Translations under genes and position numbers: made by a program
NCBI RefSeq assembly: GCF_009914755.1
Contig: NC_060931.1
DNA length: 64,000 nucleotides
Reading direction: 5' to 3' (one strand)
DNA from: the human T2T-CHM13v2.0 reference genome, Homo sapiens
The notes under the pieces: model-generated
What the model was told of the DNA's origin: nothing
The model's input: only the letters and a program-made list of their open reading frames with translations
The model's database searches: none
Shown here: positions 24,556-46,652 of the stretch, in pieces
Position numbering within the stretch: the first letter of the stretch is position 1
How the letters are laid out: the number at the start of each line of letters is the position of its first letter

Positions 24556-25269
24556 TGTTTGCTTTGCATCAGATTTTAAAACACATTGGGAACGATGCTT
24601 AACATTATGCTAGGACAGTTTTCTACATAGTTATACTTCAAAAAAATTTTTTAAAATAAATAACACAAATGGGTGTACCATAATTTAAACATTCACCTGT
24701 ACAGCTTAAATGCTGAAATTTTTTTATTCTTATAGTCAATATTTGTATGTGCATTTTTATATGTTGATTATTATCTTAGGATAGATGTCTAGAAGTGGAG
24801 TTAGTGTGCCAAAAAGTAAATTTTTTTTCTTTTTTCTTTTTTTTTTTTTTTGAGGCAGAGTCACTCTGTCACTCAGACTGGAGTGCAGTGGTGTGACCAA
24901 AGCTCACTGTAGCTTCAATCTTCTGGGCTGTGCAAGCAATCCTCCAACCTCAGCCTCCTGAGTAGCTGAAACTACAGGTGTGTACCACCATGCCCAAATA
25001 ATATTTTTTTAAACTTTCTGTAGAGATGAGGTCTCACTATATTGCCCAGGCTGGTCTTGAACTCCTGAGCTCAAGTGGTCCTCCTGCCTCAGCCTCCCAA
25101 AGTGCTGGGATTACAGGCATGAGCCACCACTGCTCCCAGCCTAAAAAGATTTTTAAGGCTTGTGACACATTGTACTGAATTGCTCCCTGGAAATGTTACA
25201 ATTTTTGCTTATCAGGGAGGTACATTTTTCTGTACACTCATAGGCATAAAATACAATCCTAAATTTTTA

Positions 25270-25392
<123 letters not shown>

Positions 25393-25575
25393 TCAAAAAA
25401 AAAAAAAAAAAAAAACAAAACCCAAAACTAAATTTTTCATTTTTGACAACTTCACAAATCTCAAATGACAGTTATTACTAATGAAGATGAATATTTGTCA
25501 TCCCTTGTTGGCCCTTTGTATGTCTAAATGGTGAATTGTTCGTTCATGTCCTTGGTGCATTATTTAATGTTTTAA

Positions 25576-25800
<225 letters not shown>

Positions 25801-25817
25801 TAGCCAGGATGGTCTCA

Positions 25818-25913
<96 letters not shown>

Positions 25914-26348
25914 TTATTTGAAGAAGTTCTTTATATGTGAAGCTCATTAACCTTTTATCTGCCACATGGAGTTTGTCACTTGTCTTCTTGTTTTTGATTT
26001 TAAAAAACTCTTCATTCCTAGATGGGCATTACCCTTATTAAACAACGAATAGAATATGTGATATCCAATGATACATTTAAAACAAGACAACCAATATCTT
26101 GGTGTACATAAAGACAAACTTCAGAAGACAAACATTAAATGTTTTAACATACATTTGAATAAACTTTACTTACAAATTGTTTAATTGGAAAAGGAATTTG
26201 TGTTCAAAAAATGTTTTCACTGATGGAAAAATAAATCTAACAAAACCAGTATGTGAAAACATTGATTTACAAAGCCAAAATATATCATATCATAGTTTCA
26301 TTTGCTGTATACCTTTAATGAGGTCCCCTCTTTTTTTTTTTTTTTTAA

Positions 26349-26567
<219 letters not shown>

Positions 26568-26726
26568 TGAGACCATCTTGGCCAGCATGGTGAAACCCCA
26601 TCTCTACTAAAAATACAAAAAATAGCCGGGCATGGTGGCGGGTGTCTGTAGTCTCAGCTACTCAGGAGGCTGAGGCAGGAGAATGGCATGAACTTGGGAG
26701 GCAGAGCTTGCAGTGAGCTGAGATCA

Positions 26727-27482
<756 letters not shown>

Positions 27483-27542
27483 CTATTTATTTATTTAAAG
27501 ACCTTGGCGCGATCTCGGCTCATTACAACCTCCACCTCCTGA

Positions 27543-27792
<250 letters not shown>

Positions 27793-27808
27793 TGAGAATC
27801 TACACTGA

Positions 27809-27994
<186 letters not shown>

Positions 27995-28059
27995 TAGGCC
28001 CTATTTCTAACAAGGCCCAGCATGCTTCCCAGGAGCCACCTGTTGTGATTAATTTGTCC

Positions 28060-28790
<731 letters not shown>

Positions 28791-28868
28791 CCTGGCTCAC
28801 CTCCCAGGAAGGCCCTCAAAAGGACAGGCAGCTTTGCCCTCTACACAGGCATGGGACACAGGGGTTGA

Positions 28869-29105
<237 letters not shown>

Positions 29106-29388
29106 TAAGGCCTGACCAGGTCCACGGGAGACAGCACCAGGCCTGCTCAGCACCCAGGGGCAGGAGCAGCACCAAATTGCCATCAAGCGATTATTGTGCC
29201 TCAGCCACCCGAATAGCTGGGACCACGGGTGTGTGCCACCATGCCCAGCTAATTTTTTGATTGATTGATTGAATCGATTGATTTTATTTTTTTAGAGATA
29301 GGGTCTGGCCATATTGTCCAGACTGTTCTCAAACTCCTGGACTCAAGCCATCTCCTGCCTGGGCCTCCCAAAGTGATTACAGGTGTGA

Positions 29389-29745
<357 letters not shown>

Positions 29746-30667
29746 TGACAGCAAGGTGTTAAATGGGGTTTGGCTGCAGTTGGCAGACATGAGGCTCCCC
29801 AGGGCTGCCAGACCCAAAGCCACCGAGCTGACCCCTCTTGCAGTCTCAGGAGAGCAGTGTTCAGTTGGCCCAGATGCAGAATGGGAACGTGCCATCAGCT
29901 CACGGGTTCTCCAGGCTGGCGTGTTGGTGTCCTGGGCCAGGGACTGGGGGCAATGCCCCATCATCCCAGGATGGGAAAGTCCAGCAGCGGCTTCTCCAGG
30001 CTCTTTCTGTTTCTTTGAGCATGTTGCGTTTTTGCCAGTGAGGTCCCGGGGCAGCACGCATGGATACACTCTGTGTGCCCAGCTGGGATAAAAAGTCCCT
30101 TTGGAGAAGGCAGTGGCAGTTATTGAGTACAAATGTGGTTGGGTGATTTCAGGAACAGTGGTTTATGCCTATAATCCCAGCACTTTGGGAAGCTGAGGTG
30201 GGAGGATTGCTTGAGCCCAGGAGTTCAAGACCAGCCTCGGCAACATAGCAAGACTGTGTCACTACAAATTTTTTTTTTAAGCTCTGGTGTGGCAGCACAT
30301 GCCTGTAGTCTCAGCTACTCAGGGGGCTGAAACAGAAGGATCACTTGAGGCCAGGAGTTCAAGACTAGCATGGGCAACATAATGAGACCCCATCTCTACA
30401 AAACAAATTTAAATTAGCTGGGCATGGTGGTGCACACCTGTAATCTCAGCTACTCAGGAGGCTGAGGTGGGAGGATCACTTAAGCCCAGGAGGGGTTTGG
30501 AGGCTAGAGTGAGCTATGATTGCACCACTGCACTCCAGCCTGGGTAACAGAGCAAGACCCCTCCTCAAAAAAATAAAAAACAAAACAGGGAATGGGAAGA
30601 TGATATTTCCATTTTGTGTTTGTTACTTCTGTGTTACTGTAATAGCATACATTTAGGCTTGGTTTAT

Positions 30668-30982
30668 GGTTGGGCACGATGGCTCACGCCTGTAATCCCA
30701 GCACTTTGGGAGGCCAAGGCGGGCAGATCACTTGAGGTCAGGAGTTCGAGACCAGCCTGGCCAACATGGCGAAATCCCATCTCTACTAAAAATACACAAA
30801 TTAGCCAGGCGTGGTGGCTCATGCCTGTAATCCCAGCTGTAATCTCCCCGTCATCAGGAGACTGAGGCACGAGAATTACTTGAACCCGGGAGGCGGAGGT
30901 TGCATTGAGCTGAGATCGCTCCACTACACTCTAGCCTGGGCGACAGAGGGAGACTCTGTCTCAAAAAAAAAAAAAAAAAAAA
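30668..30982 (+). mobile_element. AluS element with intact target-site duplication
   Basis: Full dimer flanked by taggcttggttt (about 30654 and 30983). Confidence 0.9.
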
Positions 30983-31674
30983 TAGGCTTGGTTTGGTTGA
31001 AAGCAGCAAGAAAGAAGAAACTCTTAAGGGTTTGTTCCTCCAGGGGAATAGATGGTTCTCAAACTGGGAGACTCACAGCGTCATTTTTGCATACAGTGGT
31101 GAGGAGATCCGCTGGGACAGGGAGCTCTTCTGCAGGGCCTGCTCTATGCCAGGAGGGAGTCTGCTGCAGATAGCAAAAAGCTACACAACAGGGCTGGAGA
31201 GCAAGAGTTGTGATCCTGCAGTAGAATCAAAGGCTTCAGCAGGCCAGGATGAAATGCAGCCACATGCCCGGTGTGTCTGGGCATATTAAAAGGAAGACTG
31301 AGCCGGCATGGTGGCTCATGCCTGTAATCCCAGCACTTTGGTAGGCTGAGGTGGACAGATCACTTGAGATCAGGACTACTGAAAATACAAAAATTAAGGC
31401 AGGGCACGGTGGCTCATATATGTAATCCCAGCCCTTTGAAAGGCTGAGGCGGGCAGATCACCTGAGGTCGGGAGTTCAAGACCAGCCTGACCAATATGGA
31501 GAAACCCTGTCTCTACTAAAAAATACAAAATTAGCCAGGCATGGTGGTGGGTGGCTGTAATCCCAGCTACACGGGAGGCTGAGGCAGGAGAATTGCTTGA
31601 ACCCAGGAGGCACAAGTTGCCGAGATCATGCCATTGCACTCCAGCCTGGGCAACAAGAGCAAAGCACCATCTCA

Positions 31675-31839
<165 letters not shown>

Positions 31840-32167
31840 TCATCTCAAAAAAATAAATAAAATTAAAAGGGAAGATCACATTTCAGGTGGTTTAAGGATA
31901 AACTCGTGATAGACATATGGCCCATCAGATGTGTGAAAACATACAGAAATAAAGATTCACAAGAGATTATGTATAATTATAGTATAGTAATTGGCTCTAC
32001 TGTATACATGTATAGTACTGTACTGATTGAAGGAACGCTTCATTCAACAAATTCCCAGCCTGAGCAATGTGGTGAAACCCCATCTCTGGGGGGAAAAAAA
32101 AAATAGCCAGGCTTGGTGGTGAGCACCTATAGTCCCAGCTACTCAGGAGGCTGAGGTGAGAGGATCA

Positions 32168-32419
<252 letters not shown>

Positions 32420-32505
32420 TCACACCTGTAATCCCAACACTTTGGGAGGACAAAACAGGAGGGTCGCTTGAGGCCAGGAGTTCGAGACCAGCCTGGTCAA
32501 CATAG

Positions 32506-32769
<264 letters not shown>

Positions 32770-33299
32770 TGATCCGCTCACCTCGGCCTCCCAAAGTGCT
32801 GAGATTACAGGCATGAGCCACTGCGCCCGGTCAATCCGAAGCCTTTTCTAGCTCCTGAGATTGTGGTTCAAGGCAGGGCTATACTTCCCCCTCCCAGCCC
32901 TGGCCCCGTGACCCCAGCTCTGTGCCTGGCTCTGTACAAAAGCCTAAGAGATGCCCACTGCCAGAGTGGGCACCAAATCCTCATCTACTGGGGACCCAGG
33001 GAGTACCCTCCCTGAGAGTTTGGCCTTTGGGCTCACTCCCGGGCAGAGACTCCTCAGTGCTGCTGCTTGATTACCCCTGTGACAGAGAGCTCATTACCTC
33101 TCCAGGCCCATTACCTCTCCAGAGAGCTAATTACCTTCTCCACTCCATGGCTCACCCTGCCATCCCCTGACAGCCCCCTTCTGGCCAGCATGATTTTCCC
33201 AGTGTCCTCTGCCCACCACAAACCCCAGCCCCCCAACAGGCTTGCTCTAACAGGACAAGTTGTGCTGAAGATGGAGACTTTAGAAGCAGTGCGGTATGA

Positions 33300-33872
<573 letters not shown>

Positions 33873-34140
33873 TGACAATCGTGCAATGTCCCTGGAGCAG
33901 GAGTGAGATAATCAGACGGACCTGTTCAGGACTGGGCAGGTCTCACTCCTGGCTGGATCCTTCAAGCCCAGGGCAGCCCCCCAGTTTCCACACGTGGGGC
34001 AGCAGGGACTCCAGGCCTAACTGTGCGGAGCCAGGAGGGTCCATTGCAGGGATGTGCAGACTGAGGCCCAGAGGGGAGGGCTGGGCAGTCTCAGAGATGC
34101 TTGGAGGGACCTCTGTGATAGCCCCGCTTGTGTTGTCCAG

Positions 34141-34190
34141 GCCCAAGCTGCTCACTGAGGGAGTCAAAGAGCCCATCGTGGATAGTCAAG
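34141..34190 (+). pseudogene. GTF2IRD1-like exon C (50 nt)
   Basis: tgttgtccag|...|gtaccc; translates PKLLTEGVKEPIVDSQ. Confidence 0.92.
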
Positions 34191-34359
34191 GTACCCAACA
34201 CGGGGTCGCGGGCCATGGTGCGGGCGGGCAAGGGAGGGCCCCAGGCCTCTGCCACCAGCCCCTCCTCCTGCTGCCTCTGTCCTTCTCCCACCCTGACCCT
34301 GGCATTCTGCCCACACCCCCGCATTAGGTTTCCCCTAATGATGCCATCTTGGGTCCCAG

Positions 34360-34461
34360 GAACTGCCTCATCACTTGGCTTCTCTCCCCCTGCCCTGCCC
34401 CCAGAGAGGGATTCCAGGGACCCTCTGGTGGGCGAGAGCCTGAAGAGACAGGGCTTTCAAG
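34360..34461 (+). pseudogene. GTF2IRD1-like exon D (102 nt, or 57 nt from the alternative acceptor at 34405)
   Basis: Translates GTASSLGFSPPALPP/ERDSRDPLVGESLKRQGFQ; donor gtaagg. Confidence 0.92.
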
Positions 34462-35088
34462 GTAAGGTTGAGCTCAGGGGGAGGTCTGTTGTCCCAGCAC
34501 CAGGACCTTGACCTGGTTTGGGTTTGGAGGGCCAGGCTGGAAGTGGGGAGGAGCTGGCCCCCAACTTCAGGGCCTAAGGGACCAGGCAAGCCAGGTTGGC
34601 AGCCCAGGCCCGGCTGTACCCTGTAAGCTCTGTGTTAGAGACTCCAGGGGAGAGGGGGTGCCTACAGGTGGACGGTGGGGGAAATTGGGGGTTGGGAGGC
34701 TACAGGGCGCAGGAGCCTGCCTGCCCCCCTCCAGGAAGGTAGCTGACATGCCCACTCCTTATTCAGCAATCAGCTGTGGTCTTAGTGCTTTGAAATCAGA
34801 ATAAGAGCCAGGCGTGGCACCTCACGCCTGTAATCCCAGCACTTGGGGAGGTCAAGGCAGGCGGCTTGCTCAAGGCCAGAAGTTCGAGACCAGCCTGGGC
34901 AACATAGAACCCATCTCTAGGTCTATTTTTAAGAAAAGAAATCAGAGGCTGAGTGCAGTGGCTCACACCTGTAATCCTAGCTCTTTGGGAGGCCGAGATG
35001 GGTGGATCACTTGAGGCCAGGAGTTCAAGACCAGCCTGGCCAACATGGCGAAACCCCGTGTCTACCAAAAAAATACAAGAATTAGTCA

Positions 35089-35546
<458 letters not shown>

Positions 35547-35549
35547 TGA

Positions 35550-36018
<469 letters not shown>

Positions 36019-36650
36019 TGAGGCAGGTGGATCATTTGAGCTCAAGGGTTCACAGCCAGCCTGGGCAACATGGCGAAGCCCTATCTCTACCAAAAACACA
36101 AAGAAGAAATTAGCCAGGCATGGTGGCACACAGCTGTGGTCCCAGCTACTCAGGAGGCTGAGGCAGGAGAATTGCTTGAGCCTGGGAGGTGGAGGTTGCA
36201 TTGGGAGCTGCCAGGCGTGTCCCCTGTGTCTGTGGGGACTGCCCGTCCTCCACCATCTGCTGGATCAGCTGGGCTTCCGTTCCCTCCTTTGTCTCCAGCC
36301 CCCCAGTGACTTCATGAAGCCCATACCCCCTGCCTGCCAGCCCAGGGCACAGGACTCTGCACTCTATGGTGTCCCTCCTCTCCGGGCTTATTTATTGATT
36401 TGGTGGTTTTCAAATGTCAACAATTAACTGAATTTCCAACTCATCACTGTTGTGGCAACAGTGCATGTCCTTCTGGAAAAAACACATCTCCATCAAGACG
36501 TTGGTGCTGAAGAACCTGAGCGGCCCACTCCAAAGATCCGTTAATTGCCAGAGAAGGAGTTCCCCATAATTAGAAAATCATCTTCCTTAAAAGTCACCAA
36601 GTGCCTTTTCACTGAACAGCCCAAACCCATAATCATTTTGCGCTTTGCAG

Positions 36651-36734
36651 AAAATTACGACGCGAGGCTCTTACGGATTGACATTGCCAACACGCTAAGG
36701 GAGCAGGTCCAGGAGCTTTTCAATAAGACATATG
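36651..36734 (+). pseudogene. GTF2IRD1-like exon E (84 nt)
   Basis: cgctttgcag|...|gtaagc; translates [28 protein letters not shown]. Confidence 0.95.
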
Positions 36735-36994
36735 GTAAGCAGCGCAGAACCCCTGGGGAGGGACATGTAGCTGCTGTGGACAGAGAAGTGGCAGGTTTCC
36801 CAGTTCCAGCCGAGGGGATTTCTGGGGAAACGATTCACCCCTTTACATGTATTTCTTGAGCATTTACTATGTGCCAGGCACTGTCTCAGGCACTGGGGAT
36901 ATTGCTGTGAATAAAACAGACACAGTCCCTGTACTCATGAGCCTTGCAGACCAATGAGGTGAGACACACTTTCAACAACTACACACAGAATTTA

Positions 36995-37511
<517 letters not shown>

Positions 37512-37514
37512 TAG

Positions 37515-37655
<141 letters not shown>

Positions 37656-37832
37656 TGATCAAATAGCTTAGATTGTAATGCCTATACCTTTCCACAATGC
37701 TACATAAGAGCTTTCTCGTACCATTCACTCTCCTGCACGCATGTCTTTCCATCACACCCCCGCAATCCCATGTACACACACCCCACGCTGCCTCTCACTC
37801 CTGACGGGCAGGACCCTGCCTCTCACCCACAG

Positions 37833-38010
37833 GGGAAGCCTTGGGCATCAAGTACCCGGTTCAGGTCCCCTACAAGTGGATCAAGAGTAACCCCGGCTCC
37901 ATGATCATCGAGGAGCTGCCACCAGGAATCCTGTTCCGAAAGCCCTTCGGCTCCCAGAACCTGGAGAGGATTCTTGCCATGGCCAACAAGATCACGTTCA
38001 CAGTCACCAG
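37833..38010 (+). pseudogene. GTF2IRD1-like exon F (178 nt; in-frame 6-nt deletion)
   Basis: cacccacag|...|gtactc; translates [58 protein letters not shown]. Confidence 0.95.
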
Positions 38011-38592
38011 GTACTCAGGGGGAAGGGTGAGGGTGAAGAGGCAGGACTAGCTCAGATGGGGGCTTACACCTGCGAATCCTTAGCCTTTCCCTAGGTCGTG
38101 CCCTCCCCACTGGACAAGGTGGCTCTCCTGGCACCATCCTGGGTCCTGGGGGTGGCCAGAAAGGGACTGCAGGCCAGCCTGAGTGCAAGGTGTCCTTCAG
38201 AAGTGGGACTGGTCACCCCACCATGGCAAGGGCAGCCTTCGAGGGCATCTTCAACCTGTTCAGCAACACCTGCTCACTGTACCCCCAGCCCCCAGGAAAT
38301 GCCTTTAGCCCCCATCAGAGGGATTTGCCCAAGGTCTTGGGGCCAGCCAGGGCAGAGCCTACCCAAGGCCCAGGTCTGCATCCTGAAGAGTGGCACTGCC
38401 AATGCCAGCACCCTGCCACATGGTGTCAGTGTCCCACGCACACAGAGCCCCAGGGCAGCTTATTAAAATGCAGATTCTGCTGCCGTAGATCTGGGGTGCT
38501 CCCAGGGGAGACTGAGGCCACTGCATCCCAGGGGTGTCTTCCTCATCCCCAGGCCCTTCCCCCTGACACCCCTGCCTCTGTTTCTCTTCTAG

Positions 38593-38621
38593 GCCTTTCC
38601 AAGGACTCATCCGAAAGCCTG
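38593..38621 (+). pseudogene. GTF2IRD1-like exon G (29 nt)
   Basis: tttctcttctag|GCCTTTCCAAGGACTCATCCGAAAGCCTG|gtaaga; translates PFQGLIRKP. Confidence 0.9.
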
Positions 38622-38817
38622 GTAAGAGGCACTGGCTGTGGAGGGGTCACTGGGAATAGGGCCAGGTCATGGTGCTGGGGGCTGGAGCTAAGCCTGCTGT
38701 GGGGCACAAGTTCTGGGGTCTGGGAACAGAAGCCAGGCCCCTGCCTTTCTTTCTTTCTTTTTTTTTTTATGAGGCAGAGTCCTTTTCTGTCACCCAGGCT
38801 GGAGTGCAGTGGTGTGA

Positions 38818-39243
<426 letters not shown>

Positions 39244-39401
39244 TGATAAAGGGGGTGTGGTTGACCTCAGTGAATAGATGAGGCTGGAGGCGAGTGGGTT
39301 CCTAACCACAGAAGGAGGGGTGTCTGCATGGGAACCACAAGCGTGGTGGTAAGATGTGGGGGGTGTCTACCCCGCCTTAAACAGCGCAGTGCCTCTCCTG
39401 A

Positions 39402-39659
<258 letters not shown>

Positions 39660-39843
39660 TGATCCTCCTGCCTCGGCCTCCCAAAATGCTGGGATGACAG
39701 GCATGAGCCACCTTGCCCGGCCTCCTGACCCTTTTTAAGCCACCCATCCACCTCCATGTCCACCAAGGGCTGTGTTCTGGCCTCCCAAACCCAGATTTGC
39801 AGGGGCTGTCCCTGCAGGGCGACATGCCACATGGTGAGCACTA

Positions 39844-39987
<144 letters not shown>

Positions 39988-39990
39988 TTA

Positions 39991-40164
<174 letters not shown>

Positions 40165-41379
40165 TTAGGGTACACTGTTGTGGCAGCTGCCAACAGGCCA
40201 CAGGAGCCCCCAAAAGGGGGATCAGGAGGGTGAGGGGTAGTTGGAGAAGGTTGCCTGAAGGAAGGCCCTGCTTGGGCCTCAGGGGAAGATGGGACTTTGA
40301 GAGGCAGAGAGGAGGGTGGGTTGTGTTTGGCGGGGGAACGGCAGGGGTTGAGGGGTCACTGGATGCCATAAGTGTGTTTCCAGAGCTCTCAGAGGGGCAG
40401 AGTGGTCAGATGATGTTGGAAAGGTGGAGACAGTGGAAACTGCAGCAGCACAATGCAGTCAGTGTGCCTCCAGTGGACACCCGGCTGAGAGGTCACTGGG
40501 TTTCTGGCCCTGCACTGGGTGCTTTATGCAGGTGCCTTTCACACATATTTCGGGAGATCCTGCTGGGGCAAGGTGGTATTCTAGGAACTAGGGTTACAGC
40601 GGAGTGCAGACAGAGGAGGCATCTCATTTAGTCTTCACACCTAGGAGGTAGATGCTAGAGCTCACCTTACAGGGGGAAACTGAGGCTCAGTGTGAGTGAT
40701 GTATTAATACTCTGTGTCCCAGGGCTAGCAGGTGGCCGTGGCCCCAGCCCTCAGGGATGGACCTGCCAGCCCCTTTCCAGGCGTTGGCACCCAAGCCAGG
40801 TATCCACCAGGTATCCACACTTACTCATGCCACTAGTCATGCTGGGCTGGGAACATGTCCAGGCTCCTGGGAGTCTCGGAGGGTTCACCAGAAGTCTTTG
40901 AGTGCTATTCCTGCACCAGAATGGGCTTTTCTCAAACCCCTCCCTCACACAGTGCCCAAAGCCTGGCCTGGGCCAGCACCAGCAGTTCTGAGGCGAATCG
41001 GAGTGGAAGCTGGGGTCTGCTGGGGGAGGCAGAGGCAATAGCAGGCTCCTTCATCTGGAGGCAGTTGTCCCAGGGCAGGTGGAGGGGTGGCAGATAGTTG
41101 CAGAGAGGCAGATGGCTGGGGACAGTGTCCAGGAGTCAGCCTTCAGGGTCTTAGGCAGCATGTGGGCCATGGGAAAGTGCCATCTTGTTCAAGTCCCTGT
41201 ACCTGCCTGACTAGCCATGGGAATCTGAGCCTTCGCTTCCTTACCGCCAAGATGGACAAGCATACCTGCCTCGCCATGTGATCTGAATATGGAAAAAGAT
41301 GGGCAGTGCTAGGTGAGCTGGAAGGACTGTTTTCCCCCAATTGCCTTTTTTTTTTTTTTTTTTTTGAGATGGAGTTTAG

Positions 41380-41472
<93 letters not shown>

Positions 41473-42167
41473 TGAGTATTTGGGATTATAGGCGTGTGCC
41501 ACAGCATCCAGCTAATTTTTGTATTTTTAGGCACCCTAACATGGTGAAAGGCCAGGCTGGTTGGCCAGGCTGGTCTCCAACTCCTGGCCAGGCTGGTCTC
41601 CAACTCCTGGCCAGCCTCAAGTGATCCACCCATCTTGACCTCCCAAAGTGCTGGGATTACAGGTGGGCGTGAGCCACCGCACCCAGCCACCTTTCTTTTT
41701 GTCCTCGTTTGCAAATACAGAATGGACCTGAGTCTGCAAACTCAGAAGTGCGAGACATGTATTTTTATTTTTATAAAATTGAACTGGACTCCTACCAAAA
41801 GCCCCCAATGCAGAGTGGCAGAAACTTTATCGGAGTCCATTTTGGATCATCATTTCCCTTGGGCTTGTACCAGGGCCTGGAACCTTCTGTGAGGCCCACC
41901 CAGTAGACACTTCCACACCACAGAGAGACTGAGCATGAGAAGGTCCGTGCTTGAAAAAGGCCTAACAGTGGGATCTCGGTGCAAGGATGGGAGAGTGGAA
42001 ACCGAGTGGTGAAGAGATGACTGTGGCACTTAGCAGGGAATTCCTGGGAGGGTGAGGCTTCGGGAAGTTTCCAGGGAGACAAACCCTGTTAAGAATGGCT
42101 CTAGGGCCGGACGTGGTAGCTCATGCCTATAATCCCAGCACTTTGGGAGGCCGAGGCGGGCAGATCA

Positions 42168-42431
<264 letters not shown>

Positions 42432-42776
42432 CTAAACCAGGAACAGTGGTTCACCCCTGTAATCCCAGCACTTTGGGAGGACAAGGTAGGAGGATCGCTT
42501 GAGGCCAAGAGTTTGAGGTCAGCCTGGGCAACATAACAAGACCCCGTTTCTACAAAAAATTTAAAAATTAGCCGGGCACGGTGGCATGCACCTGTAGTCT
42601 CAGCTACTCAGGAGGCCAAAGCAGGAGGAAGGCTTGAGCCCAGGAGGTGGAGGTTGCAGTGAGCTGAGATTGTGCAACTGCACTCCAGCCTGGGTGACAG
42701 AGCATGATGCTGTCTGAAAAAAAAAAAAAAAAAAAAAAGGAATTGCTCTGAGATTTTTTTTTAGGTCACTTATTGA

Positions 42777-43298
<522 letters not shown>

Positions 43299-44064
43299 TG
43301 ACTCAGGCCAGACGTGGTGGCTTATACGTATAATCCCAGTATTTTGGGAGGCCAAGATGGGAAAATCACTTGAGCCCAGGAGTTTGAGACCAGCCTGGGA
43401 AACATAGCAAGATCCCATCCTGCAAAGACATTTTTTTAAATTAGCCAGACATGGTGGGGACGAACACCTGTACTCCCAGCTACTCGGGAGGCTGAGGTGG
43501 AAGGATCCCTTGAGCCTAGGAGTTGGAGGCTGCAATGAGCCATGATTCCAGCGTGCATGACAGAGTGAGATCTTGTCTCTAAAAAAAAGAGAGAGAAGCC
43601 CAGAATGTCTTTAATGTTTTCCCAACTGGGGACATCACATCTGCCCTCAGTGCCTCAGTTTCCCCATTAAAATCTAGAGGCCCTGCCTGCTCTGACATGC
43701 TGAGTGGCAGGCAGGCATCTGGCTGGAGAGGAAGGCATACTTGGACTTGGACCAAGCCTCAGGGGGCAGTGGGTCAATTTCAGGCCTCAGGTCAAGGGAG
43801 CTGTGGACCAGGGATTTCTGGGGGCCAGGGGTGCTGGAAGGCACCAGGCTGAACCAGAGGGGACCTGGTGGGGGGCCTGGGGTTGCAGAGGGATGGGGGA
43901 GCTGGGTCCCCCAACTCGCACCAGAAGGAACTCCAGCCCTGCCTGCAAGGGGCTGAGACAACCCACGCTCGACCCTGAGGGCTGAACACCATTGGTAGCT
44001 GGTAGCTCTATACTGCCCAACCAGGCCACACCCCACCTGCCCGCAGTGGCACTGAATTAAATTA

Positions 44065-44475
<411 letters not shown>

Positions 44476-44622
44476 CTAGATGGAGGGGCTAAGCAACAGG
44501 TTGCAGTGCGATGGTTCAAAGCAGTTTTGGGGGAAGTGGTGGGGACCAGAGTGGAATAGTGGGCTCAGGAGAGAATGAGAAAGGCAAGTGATTGAATCTG
44601 CCAAAGACAGATCACCTTTTAG

Positions 44623-45072
<450 letters not shown>

Positions 45073-46048
45073 TAGCAAGACCCCATCTCTATTTTTTTGG
45101 AAAAAAAAAAAAAAAAAGCAGCAAGCAACAGGATGGGTGGAAGAGAGTTGCTGAAGGCTCTTGCAAGATCCTCTCTGCCTGCTCCTTCTCTCACAGAGGG
45201 ACAGGGGAGGGTGATGAGTCAGTGGACTGAATGTCCCCATGGGGATGAAGGATGGTTGGGGTCAGGGTCCTAGAGGGAGGGCTGGAAGGAGGGAAGGAGA
45301 TGGCCAGAGAAGGATGTAGGACACAGAGGTGCCGCCGTGGATCACCAAGAGGTTCAGGACTGGCCAGAGGAAGGAGAGGAGATCAAGGCAAGCATGAGGC
45401 ACTTCGGAGATGCATCTGTGCCTGCACACAGCTGAAATCCCCAGGAAATAAGACGGGAGCAGGGTGGGTTTCTGCAGCCGAGGTGAGACCAAAGTGCCAG
45501 CTCACTGCCACCCTCAGTAAAGACTAACTTGCCCTTCCCCACAACTCCCCTCCCAGAAGTAGCTTGCTCTCCTCTGCCTGCCACACATCGGGGGGCTCAG
45601 GGAAAGCTCCCCCTCCCTGGACAGCTAGTGTTCCCTAGGCCAAGGCCAGTCCCTGCAGAGATGAGGAGCTGGGAAATCCCCTCCTCCCATCCCGCACGTC
45701 CACGCGTGCCAGATCCTGTGCTGCGGGCTTTTCACACACAGCCTCTTAGCCTGTGAGGCGGGTGCTGTTGTCCTTCCCATTTTGCAACTGAGCAAACAGC
45801 CTGAAAGAGACAAAAACCAGGTAGTTAGCATGACCCCAAAGCCACTCCCTGGTCTACGCTGTTCTGCAGCCTGAGCCTGGGGTGGCCAGGCGGGGTTGTG
45901 CAGTGGGGGGAAGGAGAATAGCCCCCAGAAATGCTGCCGGAATGGTAAAGGGCCTGGACTGCAAAGCTAGTGACTTGAGCTTTATTTTGTGGCACTGGAG
46001 GTTTTCCCAGTCATTGTAATGATACAATCAGATTTGCGTTGTCTTCAA

Positions 46049-46062
46049 GTTACCATGGTAAC
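46049..46062. promoter_or_regulatory. Perfect palindromic RFX X-box
   Basis: GTTACCATGGTAAC matches the consensus GTTRCCATGGYAAC. Confidence 0.6.
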
Positions 46063-46105
46063 CGTACTTCCACCCACCAAGAGTGGATTGGAGAAGGCAA
46101 AACTA

Positions 46106-46652
<547 letters not shown>

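Noticed and set aside
24209-24613. F/L/S/P-rich and K/E/R/G-rich ORFs (also 56509-56842)
   Set aside because: Simple-repeat translations.
26010-26190. Possible plus-strand terminal exon (cattcctag ... AATAAA at about 26158)
   Set aside because: Such signals are common in AT-rich DNA and there is no other support.
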